A DNA stretch of 38,299 bases, taken from the IMG/VR virus record IMGVR_UViG_3300044711_000140, positions 1 through 38,299 of that record. The stretch is one strand, 5' to 3'. The translations under genes and the position numbers were made by a program. The first letter of the stretch is position 1. Each line of letters starts with the position of its first letter. This DNA comes from a virus (taxonomy: Duplodnaviria > Caudoviricetes). This document shows positions 26,210 to 35,459 of this stretch, piece by piece. The notes under the pieces are model-generated. The model searched no databases. It saw only the letters and a list, made by a program, of their open reading frames with translations, and was not told where the DNA came from.

Positions 26210-26268
26210 TGCACTGCTACTGCACTACGGATGCACTCGGTGCACCGTGGATGCTCTGCCACTGCATC
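26210..26268. repeat. Six TGCACT-like hexamers at ~11-bp spacing
   Basis: Copies at 26210, 26221, 26232, 26241, 26252, 26263. Confidence 0.65.
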
Positions 26269-26322
26269 AGGCGTACATCGTGGCTCGAGGGCTGCGGCAG
26301 TTGACTCAATGGCATGACCTAT

Positions 26323-26559
26323 CTACCGGGCCGCGCGGGAGATCTGTTCCGCCCGCGAGCCGGTCACGCCGAGCAGGCCTCCGACCTCGCGCCACGACCG
26401 GTTGGGGTGCAGTTCCAGGGCGGAGCTCGCCTTGATGTGCTTGAGGTCGGCGATGAGTCTCGTCTCGATTTCCTTGGCCGCCTCGTATCGCTCGACGGGG
26501 TCGCTGATGCGTCTGAGTGCGTCGATCAGAGCGTCGGCGGCTTCGGCGATGGCGGTCAT
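26323..26559 (-). CDS. Small HTH protein (repressor candidate)
   Basis: RSWREVGGLLGVTGSRAEQI; divergent from the transfer-like operon. Confidence 0.7.
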   Translation of the reverse strand: MTAIAEAADALIDALRRISDPVERYEAAKEIETRLIADLKHIKASSALELHPNRSWREVGGLLGVTGSRAEQISRAAR

Positions 26560-26596
26560 GGAATGAGGGTAGGGGCCTTTTCCGGTCTCTACAAGC

Positions 26597-26631
26597 GGTC
26601 GCTTGACGCGGTGTCAGCGACCCTCTACCGT
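26597..26631 (+). promoter_or_regulatory. Housekeeping-type promoter overlapped by an inverted repeat
   Basis: TTGACG-N17-TACCGT; ggtcgct(t)gac/gtcagcgacc inverted repeat over the -35. Confidence 0.6.
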
Positions 26632-26794
26632 CGTTCTCAGCGAAAGCTTCAAGCGCTGCTTGAAGTGGATGCGCTGCTCACTCCTACCCAGCCTCGGCTG
26701 GCGAGCAGCCACAACACAACAGGACGGGCCGGACACCGCGACTCCTACCTCGCGGGCCGGCCCTGACCACCAGGCTTCTTGAAGGGAACCCCTG

Positions 26795-27031
26795 ATGGCT
26801 ACCGCCAACTCTACTGGCGCGCGTCCTCGCGCCGATCACTCGGGCCGTATCGCCCCCACCTTCCCGCAGTCGCCGGCCGACAAGGCGGCGTTTGCTTCCG
26901 CGTCTTATGTGCGCGGTGACTCGGACCCGAACATGGACGAGGCGTTGCGCCGGGTCCGCAGTCACGGTGCCGCGCTCCGCGAGGGCATGGCCGCCTACCG
27001 CGAGTGGGCCGCCGAGGACGTGGCGGCGTGA
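26795..27031 (+). CDS. Hypothetical protein
   Basis: RBS AAGGGA; first gene of a coupled operon. Confidence 0.6.
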   Translation: MATANSTGARPRADHSGRIAPTFPQSPADKAAFASASYVRGDSDPNMDEALRRVRSHGAALREGMAAYREWAAEDVAA

Positions 27032-27222
27032 GCGCCCTGACCCCCACCGCGCCCACCACCGTGCCGGTCGAGCAGTCGGCCCCGGCCGTGCCTTACGCGC
27101 CGGAGCGGCGTACCGAGATCGAGCGGCTTCGGTTCGCGGCGGAGATCTGCGGCGACTTCGGCATCAAGGCGTACAGCCTCGAGAACCTGCCGCAGCGGCG
27201 GCGGACCGGTGGTGCGTCGTGA
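27028..27222 (+). CDS. Hypothetical protein
   Basis: GTGA coupling. Confidence 0.55.
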   Translation: MSALTPTAPTTVPVEQSAPAVPYAPERRTEIERLRFAAEICGDFGIKAYSLENLPQRRRTGGAS

Positions 27223-27383
27223 GCTTCCTGAGCTCGCACCGCCCCGCCCCCGAGGCGCCGAAGCCGTCCACGGTCGTCGCCGAACCCGCCACCCCCGAGG
27301 CCGCCAAGGACGACTACACCCACCGCGGCGGCGTACCCGCCGGGCACACCACCGCCCAGCAGCACACCTTCGGGCGCCGCTGA
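27219..27383 (+). CDS. Hypothetical protein
   Basis: GTGA coupling, GC3-rich. Confidence 0.5.
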   Translation: MSFLSSHRPAPEAPKPSTVVAEPATPEAAKDDYTHRGGVPAGHTTAQQHTFGRR

Positions 27384-27581
27384 CCTGCCCCTGTCGTCCC
27401 CGGGCCGCCATGGCTGGGGGCGGCGTGGAGCCCGAAGCACGCCTAACCCCCCGACTGCCGGGCCGGCCAGCACCCCTCCCGCCGACCGGCCCAGCGCCCC
27501 ACCGAGACCTGCACCAGTCCGTCGTGCACCGCTGAGCAGACCCACCAGCCAGCCAATTCGCCACCAACCAAGGAGGAACAA

Positions 27582-27776
27582 ATGACCACCCACCACACGC
27601 GCCGGGACTACAGCGACTACAGCGCCGCTGAGCTGCGGCAGGCCGCGCAGCGCATCAGCGCCGACCTCGCGCGGGCACAGGAGATGGCGGGCGCAGGAGG
27701 GATCCGGCCGGAGGCCGTCGAGGAGCAGCAGGACCTGCAGAAGTGGATGCGCAACGAGGCCGGCCGCCGCATCTGA
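27582..27776 (+). CDS. Hypothetical protein
   Basis: Strong RBS AAGGAGG. Confidence 0.7.
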   Translation: MTTHHTRRDYSDYSAAELRQAAQRISADLARAQEMAGAGGIRPEAVEEQQDLQKWMRNEAGRRI

Positions 27777-27848
27777 CCGGCTGACCTATAGCCCTTGCCG
27801 GCGGTCTCGCACGGCCGGCCCGGCATCCACCGACCCGAGAGGACAACC

Positions 27849-28013
27849 ATGGCCTCCACCTGGCCGAACAAGCCGGTCCCCGAGTTCACCGACGACGAGC
27901 TGGCGACCGCGATCGAGCAGCACCAGAACAGCACCGACCCGGTCACCCGCGACATCGTGCGCGGCTGTATCCGCGAGTGGGAGCGCCGCAAGGGCCTCCC
28001 CAGCAGCGACTGA
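27849..28013 (+). CDS. Hypothetical protein
   Basis: RBS AGAGGA. Confidence 0.65.
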   Translation: MASTWPNKPVPEFTDDELATAIEQHQNSTDPVTRDIVRGCIREWERRKGLPSSD

Positions 28014-28063
28014 CCCGCAGCCAGCGACCACCTGACCACCCGCCACAAGAAAGGAACCACGCC

Positions 28064-28264
28064 ATGCAGGACTTCCTGATCGAGACCACCGATGGCCGCA
28101 CCATCCGCAAGGGCGACAAGAACTTCACGCCGCTCGGCGACAGCTCCGCCGTCCTCGAATCTCTCGACGACGAGGGCGACTTCGTCGTCCTGAGGTACAC
28201 CGGCGGCCTCACCGTGAACATCCCCGAGGCCCAGGTCGCGTACACCGCCGAACTCCGCGACTGA
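28064..28264 (+). CDS. Hypothetical protein
   Basis: RBS AAAGGA. Confidence 0.7.
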   Translation: MQDFLIETTDGRTIRKGDKNFTPLGDSSAVLESLDDEGDFVVLRYTGGLTVNIPEAQVAYTAELRD

Positions 28265-28368
28265 GCGCCCGGCACCCGCGCCTGACGGTCGCCTTTCCGG
28301 CAGGTCACGCACCTGCCGGGAGGAAATCCGCCAGACACCACCCACCACCCTGACTTGAGGAGTACCCC

Positions 28369-28932
28369 GTGTCCCGTGCCCGTCGTATCGGGCTTGACGC
28401 CTACAAGCGGCTGGTCAACGCCGCGCCGTCGATCATGACGGATGGTGTCGACAACCGCATCGCCCCGTTCAGTGCCCGCCGCGCCCGCTCGAAGGATCTG
28501 AAGGGCGCCGCCCGGTTCGCCGACCGTGTCCGCGTCCCGTCGAAGTGGTACGCCACTGACGGGTCGGGCTGCTTCTACTACTTCCGCCTGAAGCGGGTCT
28601 GCTTCGTTGTCGGCGACAACGCCTTGGGGCGGCTGCCGCACACCGTGTACGGCACGGACGCCGCTGCGGCTTTCGACCGGCATGGCGGGCAGCTCACCGA
28701 CCGGCGCCCCTCCAACTGGATCTCCGCGGCGACCATGGCCGGGGTCATGTACGGCGGCCTGGACGGCGGGCCGCGCGACTGGGGCTGGCGCGACAACGAA
28801 GACCTCGACCTGGACATCGCCATGGTCGAGCGGCTCCGCGCCGAGGACCCCGGCCCGTTCCACCGCTCCTCCCGCTCCCTTGCTTCCGTCTACGCCGACG
28901 CCTTCGGCCGCGCCATGGCAGGTGCGCGATGA
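28369..28932 (+). CDS. Hypothetical protein
   Basis: RBS GAGGAG, GC3-rich frame. Confidence 0.7.
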   Translation: MSRARRIGLDAYKRLVNAAPSIMTDGVDNRIAPFSARRARSKDLKGAARFADRVRVPSKWYATDGSGCFYYFRLKRVCFVVGDNALGRLPHTVYGTDAAAAFDRHGGQLTDRRPSNWISAATMAGVMYGGLDGGPRDWGWRDNEDLDLDIAMVERLRAEDPGPFHRSSRSLASVYADAFGRAMAGAR

Positions 28933-29243
28933 ACCTCCTCGCCCGCATCGCCCCCGCCGCAGCCGAGGCGTTCCGCGCCCACCGCGAAGCCGCCCGGTTC
29001 GCGGCGACCGTCCGGCTCGGCGACAGCTACTTCAGCGTCTCCCCGAGCCTGCGCGGCGGCCACCAGGTCGAGCGGTGGACGTTCGACCGCCGCAACCCGA
29101 TCAGCGGGCAGCCCGCGTGCGGCCACCAGACCGCCGAGGCCGTGTGGCTCGGCTACGGACCGCTATACCCCACCCGCGCCGAAGCCGAGGCAGCGCTTGC
29201 CGAGATCGGGCGTCCCGCGGCCCCGGAAGCAGGCGCCCGATGA
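28929..29243 (+). CDS. Hypothetical protein
   Basis: ATGA coupling on both sides. Confidence 0.65.
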   Translation: MNLLARIAPAAAEAFRAHREAARFAATVRLGDSYFSVSPSLRGGHQVERWTFDRRNPISGQPACGHQTAEAVWLGYGPLYPTRAEAEAALAEIGRPAAPEAGAR

Positions 29244-29812
29244 CCACCACCGTTCCCGAGGCGCTGGCCGGCCTGGACGTCGACGTCGACGTCGCCGACG
29301 CGCTGGCCGAGGAGGCCATGACCTGGCTGCACGACCCGAAGCGGACCGCGCACCGGCTCGTCAGCCTGCCGACGGCCGTCCTCGTCGCCCAGGCGGTCGG
29401 CAGCCAGGCCGCCCCGGCCGAGGCGCCCGCCCTGCCGGGCGGGCTGTGGCGGGTCCTCCCCGACCGGCTGCTGGCCCTCCGGCCCCGCCGCGGCGACACC
29501 CTGGAACGCCTGCGGATCAGGCCCGCCGAGCACCTCGCCCTGACCGCCGCCGTGTTGGAGTGGTGGGGGTGGGCCCACACCGGGGGCCGGATCCGCACCC
29601 GTGGCGGCCGGCGCTGCATCCTCGGCGCCCAAGCGGTCGTGTACCAGCTCGGCTACGGCACCCAGGTGACCGCCACCGAGGCCGGGCGGCTCATGGACGG
29701 GGTCCTCGAACGCCGCGGCATCCGCCTGCCCTACCCCGAGTGGAACGAGAGCCCCCGCGTCACCGCCGACATGGCGCTCGCGCTCGTCCGCGAAGCCGCG
29801 AAGGGAGCCTGA
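29240..29812 (+). CDS. DUF6197-like protein
   Basis: LEWWGW...RRCILGA...WNE.P motif. Confidence 0.65.
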   Translation: MTTTVPEALAGLDVDVDVADALAEEAMTWLHDPKRTAHRLVSLPTAVLVAQAVGSQAAPAEAPALPGGLWRVLPDRLLALRPRRGDTLERLRIRPAEHLALTAAVLEWWGWAHTGGRIRTRGGRRCILGAQAVVYQLGYGTQVTATEAGRLMDGVLERRGIRLPYPEWNESPRVTADMALALVREAAKGA

Positions 29813-29813
29813 C

Positions 29814-30365
29814 ATGCGCCACTGGAACAAGACCGCCTCGGTCGCCGACCTCGGCAACCTGATGGCCGACTGGCTGGAGGGCCGTATCCCGAAGCGGCCC
29901 GGCTACTACGGGCGGCGCCCCGACCCCGAGACCACCACCCGCCTCATCCGCACGTTGGCCGCCATCAACCGCGCCGGGTACGTCACCACCGACTCGCAGC
30001 CCGGCATCGACGAGATGGGTGAGGGTGCGGCGCGCGGGACCCGCTGGGTGCAGTCAGCCGCCGTGCAGGGCCTCATCGCCGACCCGGGCCTGCTCGCCAC
30101 GATCCAGGACGCTGCCCGCCGCACCGGCCTCACCGTCATCGTGGACGGCCCGCAGCGGGTCGTCACATGGGTCGACGGGCGCCCGTACACGGCGTTCGGC
30201 GGCGTCCTCGGCAAGGGCGACCTGCGGCGGGAATGGGACGGCATCGGCAGCGACGCCTGGGCCGAGATCCGCACCGCCCGCCAGGTCGCGGTCATCGACC
30301 CGCACCGGGGTCCATCCGACCGGCTATGGGACGTGCTCGACGAGATCGCGAGGCGGTACCGCTGA
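29814..30365 (+). CDS. DUF6919-like protein
   Basis: DLGNLMADWLEG..PGY..D.ET...INRAGYVTTDSQPG...Q.AAV.G...IDP..LW. Confidence 0.65.
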   Translation: MRHWNKTASVADLGNLMADWLEGRIPKRPGYYGRRPDPETTTRLIRTLAAINRAGYVTTDSQPGIDEMGEGAARGTRWVQSAAVQGLIADPGLLATIQDAARRTGLTVIVDGPQRVVTWVDGRPYTAFGGVLGKGDLRREWDGIGSDAWAEIRTARQVAVIDPHRGPSDRLWDVLDEIARRYR

Positions 30366-30553
30366 TGGCCGCTGACAGCTTCACGCACCTGCCCACAGAG
30401 CAGCTCCGGGAGCGGATCACCAGCTACTCCGGGGTGGCCCGTCTGGCTACCTCGACCGGGTACCCGCTGGCCGCCTCAACCGCCCACGAGGAGATCAACT
30501 ACATGCTCGACGAGCTGCAGCGTCGCGGGGAGGTGGCATGCCCGCCGTCGTGA
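30365..30553 (+). CDS. Hypothetical protein
   Basis: TGATG coupling. Confidence 0.55.
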   Translation: MAADSFTHLPTEQLRERITSYSGVARLATSTGYPLAASTAHEEINYMLDELQRRGEVACPPS

Positions 30554-30855
30554 TCACCATGCAGCCCGGTAGGTGGCAGCGCCGCGCCCGAGCGGCCGGC
30601 CGGGCTGTCGTCGGCTGCCTGCTGCTGGCCCTGCACCTGGCGATGGCCGTGGTCGTCCTCGCCGTCCGTATCCCCTACACCCTGCTCGGCATCTTCGCCC
30701 GCACCGCCGCGACCGCCGAACTCGCCCTCGCCGCCCGCACCGGGCGCACCCCATTCGGCCAGACCGCCGGCGTCGCCCTCGCCGCCGCGTTCGTCGCCGA
30801 GTTCGCCGGTGGCGTCCGCACCGGCTACCGCACCGCAACCACCACCACCCGCTGA
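30538..30855 (+). CDS. Small membrane protein (Spd-like candidate)
   Basis: RBS GGAGGT; hydrophobic helices; upstream of the TraB-like gene. Confidence 0.6.
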   Translation: MPAVVITMQPGRWQRRARAAGRAVVGCLLLALHLAMAVVVLAVRIPYTLLGIFARTAATAELALAARTGRTPFGQTAGVALAAAFVAEFAGGVRTGYRTATTTTR

Positions 30856-30869
30856 TTGGAGACCATCCC

Positions 30870-32240
30870 GTGAACGGCACCCGTATGAACGGCACCGCGA
30901 ACGGCACGCCGCTGCCCAGCGTGCCGCTGCTCGGCGCCGTCACCCCCATCAGCTTCATGCCGACTGCGCCGGTCGCCCCGGAGCCCGACCCCGTCCCCGC
31001 CACTGCGCCCGTCCCCGCCGAGCCCGCCGCGAGCGAACTGGTGGCCGCCGCTGAGGCCAACCGCATCCGACTCCTCGCCGAAGCCGAGGCCGAGGCGCTG
31101 CGGATCGAGGCTGAGGGCAAGGCCGAAGCCGAGAAGGTCAAGGCGACCGAGGAGGCCCGCAAGCAGAAGATCGCCAACGACAAGGCCGAGGGAAAGGCCC
31201 GCGAGGAAGAGGCCGCCCGCGAGGCGCGCATTGCCGAGTCCCGCCGTCTGCAGGCCGAGGCCGACCGCACCCGCGAAGAGGCCGCCTGGGCAGACGCCGA
31301 GGAGCGGAAGGCGAAGGCGCAGCAGCAGGCCAAGGTCGCCAAGTCGGCCAAGTCCTGGCGCCGGTACGCCCTCGGCTTCGCAATCGTGTGCGCCATCGTT
31401 GCCCTGCCCGTCCAGATGTCCGCGTTCTACAGCAAGTCGGCCCCGTGGCTTTTGGCCGCGCCGCTCGTTCTTGAAGGTGGGGCGTGGGTCGTCCTCAAGG
31501 GCGCTGCTGCCGCGGTCGACGAGCACCGCCCGCACTGGCACTACCGGCTCATCGCCTGGACCCTCGCCGCGCTCGCCGCCGGCGTCAACCTGTCGCACGG
31601 TCTCAGCCACTTCGGGCGTGCCACCGCCATCGGCACCGCCTTCGCGTCGCTCGCCGGCCCGGGCGTGTGGGACTTGCACGAGCATGGCCGTATCCGTGGC
31701 CGCGACGGCAAGCTCACCCGGCGGGAGCGCGATGCGCGCAAGGCCGCTGAGAAGAAGGCTGCGGCCGAGAGGGCCGCCGAGCGGCAGCGGATCGAGAAGG
31801 AGAAGGCGGAGGCGGCCGACGCCGCGAAGCAGGCCGCCGAGGAGCTCGCCAACACTCGTGCCGAGCGCTTCGAAGACGAGTGGGACCACGCCCTGGAACT
31901 GGCCGCCGCGCTCGGCGAAACGACGGTCACCGAGGCCGTGTGGAAGCGCGCCTGGCACGACGTGCACGGCACCGAACCGGGCGACACCGTCGACATCATC
32001 CGGGGCCGCAACAACGCCGCCCGACGCCTCGCTGCGGCCGTCTCCGAAGCCCCCGGAAACACGCCCAGCAAGGTCACAAGTGCGCAGCGTGCAAACCAAA
32101 TGCCCCGCGCCCAGCGAGGCCCCGCGCGCAAGCCTCCGCCGCGTCGCCGCGGGGACACCACGCCCTACGTTCAGGCGGCCCGCACACAAGCCGCAATCAC
32201 CGCCCGCACCGCCGCCCGACGCACCGCCCGAGAGGACTGA
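30870..32240 (+). CDS. Coiled-coil plus 4-TM membrane protein (Spd/DUF2637-like)
   Basis: EAEA/K coiled coils flank four hydrophobic segments; immediately upstream of the FtsK-like gene. Confidence 0.7.
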   Translation: MNGTRMNGTANGTPLPSVPLLGAVTPISFMPTAPVAPEPDPVPATAPVPAEPAASELVAAAEANRIRLLAEAEAEALRIEAEGKAEAEKVKATEEARKQKIANDKAEGKAREEEAAREARIAESRRLQAEADRTREEAAWADAEERKAKAQQQAKVAKSAKSWRRYALGFAIVCAIVALPVQMSAFYSKSAPWLLAAPLVLEGGAWVVLKGAAAAVDEHRPHWHYRLIAWTLAALAAGVNLSHGLSHFGRATAIGTAFASLAGPGVWDLHEHGRIRGRDGKLTRRERDARKAAEKKAAAERAAERQRIEKEKAEAADAAKQAAEELANTRAERFEDEWDHALELAAALGETTVTEAVWKRAWHDVHGTEPGDTVDIIRGRNNAARRLAAAVSEAPGNTPSKVTSAQRANQMPRAQRGPARKPPPRRRGDTTPYVQAARTQAAITARTAARRTARED

Positions 32241-32243
32241 GCC

Positions 32244-34325
32244 GTGGCCATCGACAACCTCCCCGCCCGCCCCACGCAGCCGCCCGCCACACCCCCCGTG
32301 GCGGCCCCGGTGCCGGAGTGGCTGACGCCCGGCAAGGAGATCACCAAGCCGGCCGGACAGCCCCGCGGTACGAGCGTCGTCCGGACCACCGGGCGCGCCA
32401 TCGGCACCAGCGCCGGATGGCTCCGCAGCGGTCTCAAGCTCGCCGGCCGCAAGTGGATCGAGGCGTACCACGACGACTACCCCCACATGATCAACGTGGC
32501 GAGCGCCGAGATCAAAGCGGCTGAGGACACCCGTGCTGTCGCCGACGCGAAGGCATACCGGCGCGATTGGCGAAGGGAACTCCGGCGCCACCGCTTCCTG
32601 CACCTCGGCAAGACCGGCGCCAGCACCGTCCTCGCCGGCGGCAGCCTCGCCACCGGCGGCGTCCTCCTGGGCGGCTGGATCGACATCCTCATGGCAGTCG
32701 CCGGGTTCGGCGCCACCGCCTACTACGGGCACCGCACCGACGGCCCGGCCGCGCTCGCCGCCGGCGAGCAGCCGGCCGCCATCGGCCCCGGAGCCCACGA
32801 GGACGACGGCGAACCCTTCCCGCTCGCCCAGTGCGCCACCGGCGCCGAAGTCCGCATCTGCGTCCACCGGGCCCTCAAAGCCGAAGGCATCCCCGTCGCC
32901 GAGGTGTACGACGTCACCCGCAAGGACTGGGGCTGGCAGTGCATCGTCCGCGTCTCCGAAGGCACCCCCGAGACCATCATCAAGTCTGCGGGCGGCCTGG
33001 AGACCCGCCTTGACCTGCCCACCAACGGCGTCCGCGTCCAGCCCATGGTCGAGCGGCGGGCTTGCGCGATCCTGCGCCTCGTCAGCGGCGACCCGTTCGC
33101 CACCGCCCCCGGCCTGCCCTACCGGGCCCCCAAGTCCATGTCCATCATGGACCGATTCCGCGTCGGCACGTCCATCGGCGGTGACCCGCTGGAACTGTCC
33201 CTGGCCGGCGTCATGGGCCTGTGGGTCGCCGCGTCCGGCGGCGGCAAGACCGGCATCCTGCAGGCCCTCGCCGAGGGCACGACCGCCTGCTACGACAACA
33301 TCACCATCGACCTCGACCCGTTCGGTGACGGACTCGAAGACCTCGGCGACTGTGTACGGATCACCGCCCGCACCAACGAGGAGATCGAAGCCGTCCTGTT
33401 GTTCTTCCTGGTCATGGCCAAGGCGCGGGCCCGGCTGCGGGCGAAGCTCGGCATGGGCCGCAAATGGAAGGCCAGCCCCGAGCACCCCGCCGTCACGATC
33501 TTCTTCGACGAACTGCCGAAAGCCAGCGCACTGGCGAAGCGCCTGTACAACGACCTTCTCCTCGTCGGACGCAAGGAGTTGATCGTCGTGGAGGCCGCGT
33601 CCCAGGGCGGTCAAAGCGGCTACCTCGGAGCCAACATCGCACAGATGGTCGCCCTCACTGCGGTCGGTCCTTGCAAGGTCGAGGACACCCGCTCCGTGTT
33701 CGGCGACGGCTCGGTGAAGGAGGGGTACCTGCCGCACCGGCTGTCCCCGGCCACCGCCACCGACTCCAAGGACGCCGGTCACCTCTACATCCAGGGAGTG
33801 CCGGGCGTACCCGACGAGCCGATTGAGTACGCCATCCACGAGGCACCATCCGCGGTGCTTCGGCAGCTCGCGCAGGAGCGACTGGAGGCGGGCCTGCTCG
33901 ACCCCGACCAGGACAGCCTGACCGCCATGCGGGGCGTGGACCTGCCCGAATACGTCGAGGCCGAGTACGACGTGGAGGGCAAACTGAAGAAGGAGGCCCC
34001 CGTGGAACTCCTCACCTGGGAGCAGTTGCTGCGGCTGTGCGACGCCGAGCCGCCGGCCGGCGCGACGCCGAGCCCGTCTATGACTGTGGTCGCCGACGTG
34101 GTGGCTGTGATGGACAAGTTCGGCGTGGACCGGATGCGGACCGAGACCCTCGCCGCTGCAGTTGCCGATCACGACCCGGCCGCCTACGGCGAGTTGACCC
34201 CGGAGTCACTGAAGGACTTGCTCGCTGAGGTCGTTGGTAAGCCCGTGCAGCTCGGCGCGTGGGACGGCATGGCGAACCCGCGCGGCTTCAAGCGGGACGA
34301 TCTCGCCGCCCGCCTGCGGCCCTAA
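32244..34325 (+). CDS. traB: TraB-like FtsK/SpoIIIE DNA translocase
   Basis: N-terminal TM hairpin, LETRLDLP/GDPF segment, Walker A AASGGGKT, IDLDP, Walker B IFFDE, GRK..SQ, C-terminal wHTH-like domain (NPRGF). Confidence 0.75.
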   Translation: MAIDNLPARPTQPPATPPVAAPVPEWLTPGKEITKPAGQPRGTSVVRTTGRAIGTSAGWLRSGLKLAGRKWIEAYHDDYPHMINVASAEIKAAEDTRAVADAKAYRRDWRRELRRHRFLHLGKTGASTVLAGGSLATGGVLLGGWIDILMAVAGFGATAYYGHRTDGPAALAAGEQPAAIGPGAHEDDGEPFPLAQCATGAEVRICVHRALKAEGIPVAEVYDVTRKDWGWQCIVRVSEGTPETIIKSAGGLETRLDLPTNGVRVQPMVERRACAILRLVSGDPFATAPGLPYRAPKSMSIMDRFRVGTSIGGDPLELSLAGVMGLWVAASGGGKTGILQALAEGTTACYDNITIDLDPFGDGLEDLGDCVRITARTNEEIEAVLLFFLVMAKARARLRAKLGMGRKWKASPEHPAVTIFFDELPKASALAKRLYNDLLLVGRKELIVVEAASQGGQSGYLGANIAQMVALTAVGPCKVEDTRSVFGDGSVKEGYLPHRLSPATATDSKDAGHLYIQGVPGVPDEPIEYAIHEAPSAVLRQLAQERLEAGLLDPDQDSLTAMRGVDLPEYVEAEYDVEGKLKKEAPVELLTWEQLLRLCDAEPPAGATPSPSMTVVADVVAVMDKFGVDRMRTETLAAAVADHDPAAYGELTPESLKDLLAEVVGKPVQLGAWDGMANPRGFKRDDLAARLRP

Positions 34326-34338
34326 ATGACTTGATTGT

Positions 34339-34500
34339 CGCCCTGCTAGATGCCGCTACGAATCACGTTCCCGCAGGTCACGGCCGCTGCACCATGCGCT
34401 GGGCCCTCGCTATGGCGCCGCTCACTAGCGACCCCATAGCGGACCGCCTAGCGGCTGTGACCTGCAGCGATGCCCACCGAGCAGCGCTTGAGCAGGGGCG
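34339..34500. repeat. Nested inverted repeats downstream of traB (clt-like candidate)
   Basis: gcaggtcacggccgct (34373) / agcggctgtgacctgc (34450); cgctatgg/ccatagcg; cgccctgct/agcaggggcg. Confidence 0.6.
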
Positions 34501-34582
34501 CAACCTAGGGCGAAACATCACAAACCGATCCCCGGGCCGAGACCGGCCCCGGACCACCCCAACCATGATCGAAAGGACCCCG

Positions 34583-34783
34583 ATGACCTACCGCCCCGGT
34601 GACCGCGTCACCGTCACCAACCCGCACCCCGAGAACGCCAAGTACCGCGGCAAGACCGGAACTGTCATCGACGACGGATCCAAGTCCGGCGGCCTCATCG
34701 GCGTGAAGGGACTCGACGGGCGCCTCCGAGAAGCAGTCGCCGGGTACGTCGGGTTCTACGCCGACGAACTGACGAGGGCGTGA
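34583..34783 (+). CDS. Small KOW/SH3-like protein
   Basis: RBS AAAGGA; YRPGDRVTV...YRGKTGTV...FYADEL. Confidence 0.7.
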   Translation: MTYRPGDRVTVTNPHPENAKYRGKTGTVIDDGSKSGGLIGVKGLDGRLREAVAGYVGFYADELTRA

Positions 34784-34785
34784 TC

Positions 34786-34965
34786 ATGCCCACCTACGTC
34801 ATCACCGCCACGCACCGCGACGGCCGCCCCTTCCAGACCGCCGCCGACCGCAACCTCCACTCCACGCAGCCGTCCGCGTTCGTCGCTGCCAGCACCGCCG
34901 AACGCGACGCCAAACTCCGCGAGATCCGCGCCGCCGGCCTCACCCCGCACGTCCAGGAGGCATGA
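34786..34965 (+). CDS. Hypothetical protein
   Basis: Coupled small ORF. Confidence 0.6.
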   Translation: MPTYVITATHRDGRPFQTAADRNLHSTQPSAFVAASTAERDAKLREIRAAGLTPHVQEA

Positions 34966-35234
34966 CCATGCTGCCGCTCGGCACCCGCGTCACCATCCAG
35001 TCCGTCGACCACCTCGCCAAACCGCACCGACTGAAGCACCTGATCGGCCGTACCGCCGTCGTCGGTGATCACGAAAACGGGATGAACATTCTCACCGGCA
35101 CCGGCTGGGTCATCACCGGCTACTACGCATTCCCCGACCACGCCCTCACCATCACCGGCCGCGACAGCGCGCCCGCCATGCCCCGGCGATACCGCGTCCA
35201 CGGCTACTGGACGCCCGACCCGAAGGAGAACTGA
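34962..35234 (+). CDS. Small SH3-like hypothetical protein
   Basis: RBS AGGAGG; LGTRVTI...IGRTAVV. Confidence 0.65.
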   Translation: MTMLPLGTRVTIQSVDHLAKPHRLKHLIGRTAVVGDHENGMNILTGTGWVITGYYAFPDHALTITGRDSAPAMPRRYRVHGYWTPDPKEN

Positions 35235-35236
35235 CC

Positions 35237-35449
35237 GTGGCCGACATGTGGAACGGGCAGGCCCTGCCCGACCGCAGCATCGCCCGCACGGAAATCCACT
35301 ACCGGCTGTACGACCGCCGCACTGGCCGGCTGCTCAGCTTCGGCTCCACCAACAGCATCGACGCACTCGCCACCGACATCCTCCGCACCCAAGCCGAACA
35401 CCCCACCGCCCAAATCCAAGCCGTCCAATACGACGGCCCCGCCTACTGA
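35237..35449 (+). CDS. Hypothetical protein
   Basis: RBS AAGGAG. Confidence 0.7.
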   Translation: MADMWNGQALPDRSIARTEIHYRLYDRRTGRLLSFGSTNSIDALATDILRTQAEHPTAQIQAVQYDGPAY

Positions 35450-35459
35450 AAGGCGCCTG

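Noticed and set aside
30825-34172. 1115-aa minus-strand ORF
   Set aside because: Antisense shadow of the GC3-biased Spd-like and TraB-like genes; no recognizable motifs
32244-34325. FtsK-like gene as a phage packaging ATPase or host FtsK
   Set aside because: The TM hairpin, C-terminal wHTH and Spd/NUDIX neighbours fit TraB better; the HNH gene suggests terminase packaging
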